Origin: Acidobacteriota bacterium | GTDB taxonomy: Bacteria > Acidobacteriota > UBA890 > WLXD01 | NCBI GenBank assembly: GCA_963666055.2 | Contig: CAXWPH010000002.1 | Location: 344,266 to 408,265, forward strand | DNA: 64,000 bases | Reading direction: 5' to 3' | Part shown: positions 61,313 through 64,000 of the stretch, piece after piece | Layout of the letters: each line of letters opens with the position of its first letter | Position numbering within the stretch: position 1 is the first letter of the stretch | Notes under the pieces: model-generated | Database searches by the model: none | Seen by the model: only the letters and a program-made list of their open reading frames with translations | Told to the model about the DNA's origin: nothing | Program-made: the position numbers and the translations under genes

Positions 61313-62857
61313 TTACGCGTGCGGTGCGATCTCGGTCATGTACCACTTGATAAATCCGGCCGGTCCCCCTTCTCGCGTGGCGTACGGTTGCCCGCCGCGG
61401 AAGTTGTAGCGACTGTTCTGGATCCCGTGCTGGTTGTTCTCGACGATCCATAGATCCTCTCGGTAGGTGACGTCCCAGAGCTCCATCATGCGCTCCACGT
61501 CCACCTCTTCATCCTTGGCGTCGCCCTTGACCAGCCAGAAGATCTCGACATCGGTCGACTGTATGTCTCGTGGGGTGAAGCGGGCAACCGCGATGTGGTC
61601 GTCGTAGGCGGCGAAGAACGACGTCGAGAAACCGGTCGTTGCGCCGCGCCGCTGATGCGTCCACTCGTCGAGGATGAGCGGCGCCACCGGCTTGCCATCG
61701 AGGCTGCCGGTGACGAAGCCGGGTGAGAGGTGGCGGTTCATCGTGTAGCTGTTCTGGTTCGCGTTGTCCTGTTGCCGCTCCGTGTGCTCGTGGCTCACCA
61801 GTTCCTGCTCGAGGTTGGCGCGTTGCTCGGGGGTCATCACGTGCGCTTGCTGCCACCACTGGACCATCACCAACGACTTGTGCGCCGGCTCGCAGTGATA
61901 GCACTCCTGGAAGTTCTCGACCGCCAGCTTCCAGTTCGCCTTCGTCGGGTACTGCTTGCGAGCTACTACTTTCAGATTCGCGGTTCCATAGAGCTTGGAG
62001 ACCCCTCGCCACCTGGCCACGAAGTCGTCGAAGCCCGCTGGTTCTTCGTCGGCCAGGCTGACGAAGATGAAGCCTTCGACCATCTGCACGTGGGCCGGGT
62101 GCAGGCCGTGCTGGTCTTGTTCGAACCCCTCCGGCATCCCGGTTGGCAGCGAGATCAGCTTGCCGTCGAGATCGTAGGTCCAGGAGTGATACGGGCAACG
62201 AAAGACCGCTGTGTTACCGCTCGGTCCCTGTTGTGCTACCGACAGCCGCGAGTCCGCCGGCTTGCCGTCGAGCGTCGCCTCGCCGGGCAGGTCCTTGTCG
62301 AAACCGTGCAGGCAGAGCCGCGATCCGCGGTGTCGACAGACGTTGTGGTAGGCCTTCACGGCACCGTCGTTGGCCCGCAGGATGATGAGACTGCCGCCAC
62401 GGCCGAACTCGAAGACGAAGTAGTCGCCCGGATTGGGAATGCGGCTGTCATGGTCGGCCATGAACCAGAACTGCTCTTGCAGGAAGCGCTCTTCGTTCAG
62501 CCAGTGCTTCTCGGCGAGGTAGTACTCGGCCGGAATCGTGGTGCCTTCTTGCCAGCCGCCCGGATAGCTGGGGGCCTCGCCGGGTGGCGACATGATCTCC
62601 TCCAGCAGCACATCGCGACCGTCAAAATCCTCGCCGCCATACGTCACTTCGGGCGGCATCGTGATCGGACCCCGAGCTGCGGATGTCGCGGCCTTTGCTG
62701 CCTCCGACGTTCCCTTCTCCGTCAGCGTTTCACCACGCAGCACCTTGGGAAGCGCCACCGCGGCCGCTCCCGCCGCAACCGATGTCTTGGCGAAGTCGCG
62801 ACGGCTGACCTTCTTGCGCTCGGTGTCCTTGTTCTTCTTGCCCCCTCTCTTGCTCAT
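61313..62857 (-). CDS. Rieske non-heme iron oxygenase alpha subunit with Tat-like signal
   Basis: SRRDFAK; NVCRHRG..CPYHSWTY; NWKLAVENFQECYHCEPAH; EDLWIVENNQ. Confidence 0.9.
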   Translation of the reverse strand: MSKRGGKKNKDTERKKVSRRDFAKTSVAAGAAAVALPKVLRGETLTEKGTSEAAKAATSAARGPITMPPEVTYGGEDFDGRDVLLEEIMSPPGEAPSYPGGWQEGTTIPAEYYLAEKHWLNEERFLQEQFWFMADHDSRIPNPGDYFVFEFGRGGSLIILRANDGAVKAYHNVCRHRGSRLCLHGFDKDLPGEATLDGKPADSRLSVAQQGPSGNTAVFRCPYHSWTYDLDGKLISLPTGMPEGFEQDQHGLHPAHVQMVEGFIFVSLADEEPAGFDDFVARWRGVSKLYGTANLKVVARKQYPTKANWKLAVENFQECYHCEPAHKSLVMVQWWQQAHVMTPEQRANLEQELVSHEHTERQQDNANQNSYTMNRHLSPGFVTGSLDGKPVAPLILDEWTHQRRGATTGFSTSFFAAYDDHIAVARFTPRDIQSTDVEIFWLVKGDAKDEEVDVERMMELWDVTYREDLWIVENNQHGIQNSRYNFRGGQPYATREGGPAGFIKWYMTEIAPHA

Positions 62858-63180
62858 GTCACCCTCCTGCGGCCCGCGGACAGGACGTCCGGATGCCTGC
62901 AATGCAAACACAAGTACGCCGCTTTTACCACGGCATTGTCAGGTTAAGCGACGCGTTTGGCAGATTGCACCGGGAGTGTGATTCGTCGTCGCCACCCCTG
63001 CGTCGCCCGCTCAATGCCTGGTTCGTCTTCCGGGCCCATAGATCGGTCGTCCGGGCCGTGCACCGGTGTGCTCTCCGTCGTCGAAGACGACGACATCGGC
63101 CCAGTAGCCCTGGAGTAGCCGGCCCCTGTCCTCGAGCCGCAGAACCTTATTCGGCTCGTGAGATATCGGCCCGTTGACAG

Positions 63181-63985
63181 GGCACTGTCAAGTTAAGGAC
63201 GCGACGCTCGGCTCCGGGCGAGCTGCGGCCTAGAGCCGCCTTGCCTCAGGCGGTGACTACCTCGCCCCAGGTCCCAAAGGACCGCCCCTCGAAGCATCCG
63301 ATAGTTCACGCATCGTAATCGATGCCGGCTCAGGCTGAAGAGGTTCCGGATAGCGCCGTGCACGGACAGAAACCGCTGAGCTTGAGCAGCGGATTTAAAC
63401 CCGCGCATCTGCCTCTCTCTTTGCCGGGTCGGCTGATGCGAGACCTCTGCTCGGTTGTTCGCGTAGCACGCTGTGACATGCTCCACCGAAGGCATCACAC
63501 TCCTGTGCGCCGCCCCGTAGCTTCCGAGCTTGTCGGTGATCAACCATCGAGGTTCGCTCCCCTGCCCCTTCAACAGCTTCCGAAAGAAACGCTTGGCAGC
63601 GTAAGCGTTGCGACGTCGTTGGACCAAGATGTCGATCACGTCGCCGTCTTGATCGACTGCACGCCACAGATAGTGGCGTTCCCCGCGGATCGTGACGAAC
63701 ACCTCGTCCAGAAACCACGTGTCACCCAGCCGGCCCTGCCGACGCCGTAGCCTAGCCGCATACTTGGGCCCGAACTTGACGCACCAGCACCGGATTGCCT
63801 CGTGCGAGACTGTCACACCTCGCTTCGCCAAGAGATCCTCGACGTCGCGGAGGCTCAGGCAGAAGCGGTGATATAGCCACACGGCGTGGCTGATGATCTC
63901 TGGCGGAAAGCGATGTCGATGGTAGCGTTGCCGGTCGTTGCTCATCGCCGGACTGTGCCAGGCTGCCGGTTAACTTGACAGTACC
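63181..63985 (-). mobile_element. IS6-family element
   Basis: IRs GGCACTGTCAAGTTAA / TTAACTTGACAGTACC. Confidence 0.93.
63193..63945 (-). CDS. IS6 family transposase (C-terminal tail possibly frameshifted)
   Basis: HRFPPEIISHAVWLY, WFLDEV, LWRAVDQDG, ITDKL.SY, NNRAEVSHQ. Confidence 0.93.
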   Translation of the reverse strand: MSNDRQRYHRHRFPPEIISHAVWLYHRFCLSLRDVEDLLAKRGVTVSHEAIRCWCVKFGPKYAARLRRRQGRLGDTWFLDEVFVTIRGERHYLWRAVDQDGDVIDILVQRRRNAYAAKRFFRKLLKGQGSEPRWLITDKLGSYGAAHRSVMPSVEHVTACYANNRAEVSHQPTRQRERQMRGFKSAAQAQRFLSVHGAIRNLFSLSRHRLRCVNYRMLRGAVLWDLGRGSHRLRQGGSRPQLARSRASRP

Positions 63986-64000
63986 AGGCGAGGAGCTCCG

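Overview
High-GC bacterial DNA, probably Acidobacteriota (inferred from the acidobacterial-type VWA protein, the kinase/beta-propeller family, and the sulfatase-TPR and DUF5916 genes). The window is a mosaic. Intact metabolic genes are an amidohydrolase, a GcvT-SHMT fusion, a sulfatase-TPR gene, a sulfite-oxidase-family enzyme, gltB, soxBDAG, an SpdH-like oxidoreductase and a Tat-signal Rieske oxygenase. These alternate with mobile DNA and many abruptly truncated gene fragments. Mobile parts are a ~7.4 kb PICI-like satellite (int, cI, cro, xis, rep, two different small terminases) ending in a tRNA-Leu(CAG) 3' half, other att scars, two IS5-family elements, an IS6 element with remnants, and a degraded terS/terL pair. 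The most unusual signal is at 18.4-21.8 kb: five copies of a ~105-115 nt element with a conserved -10-like box and a covarying, G-U-rich closing stem on the + strand (a candidate ncRNA family), interleaved with duplicated HTH genes, TPR-like genes and a repeated MxPTTYRV mini-ORF. All calls come from reading motifs by eye; no searches were run. Some irregularities could be assembly or amplification artefacts.
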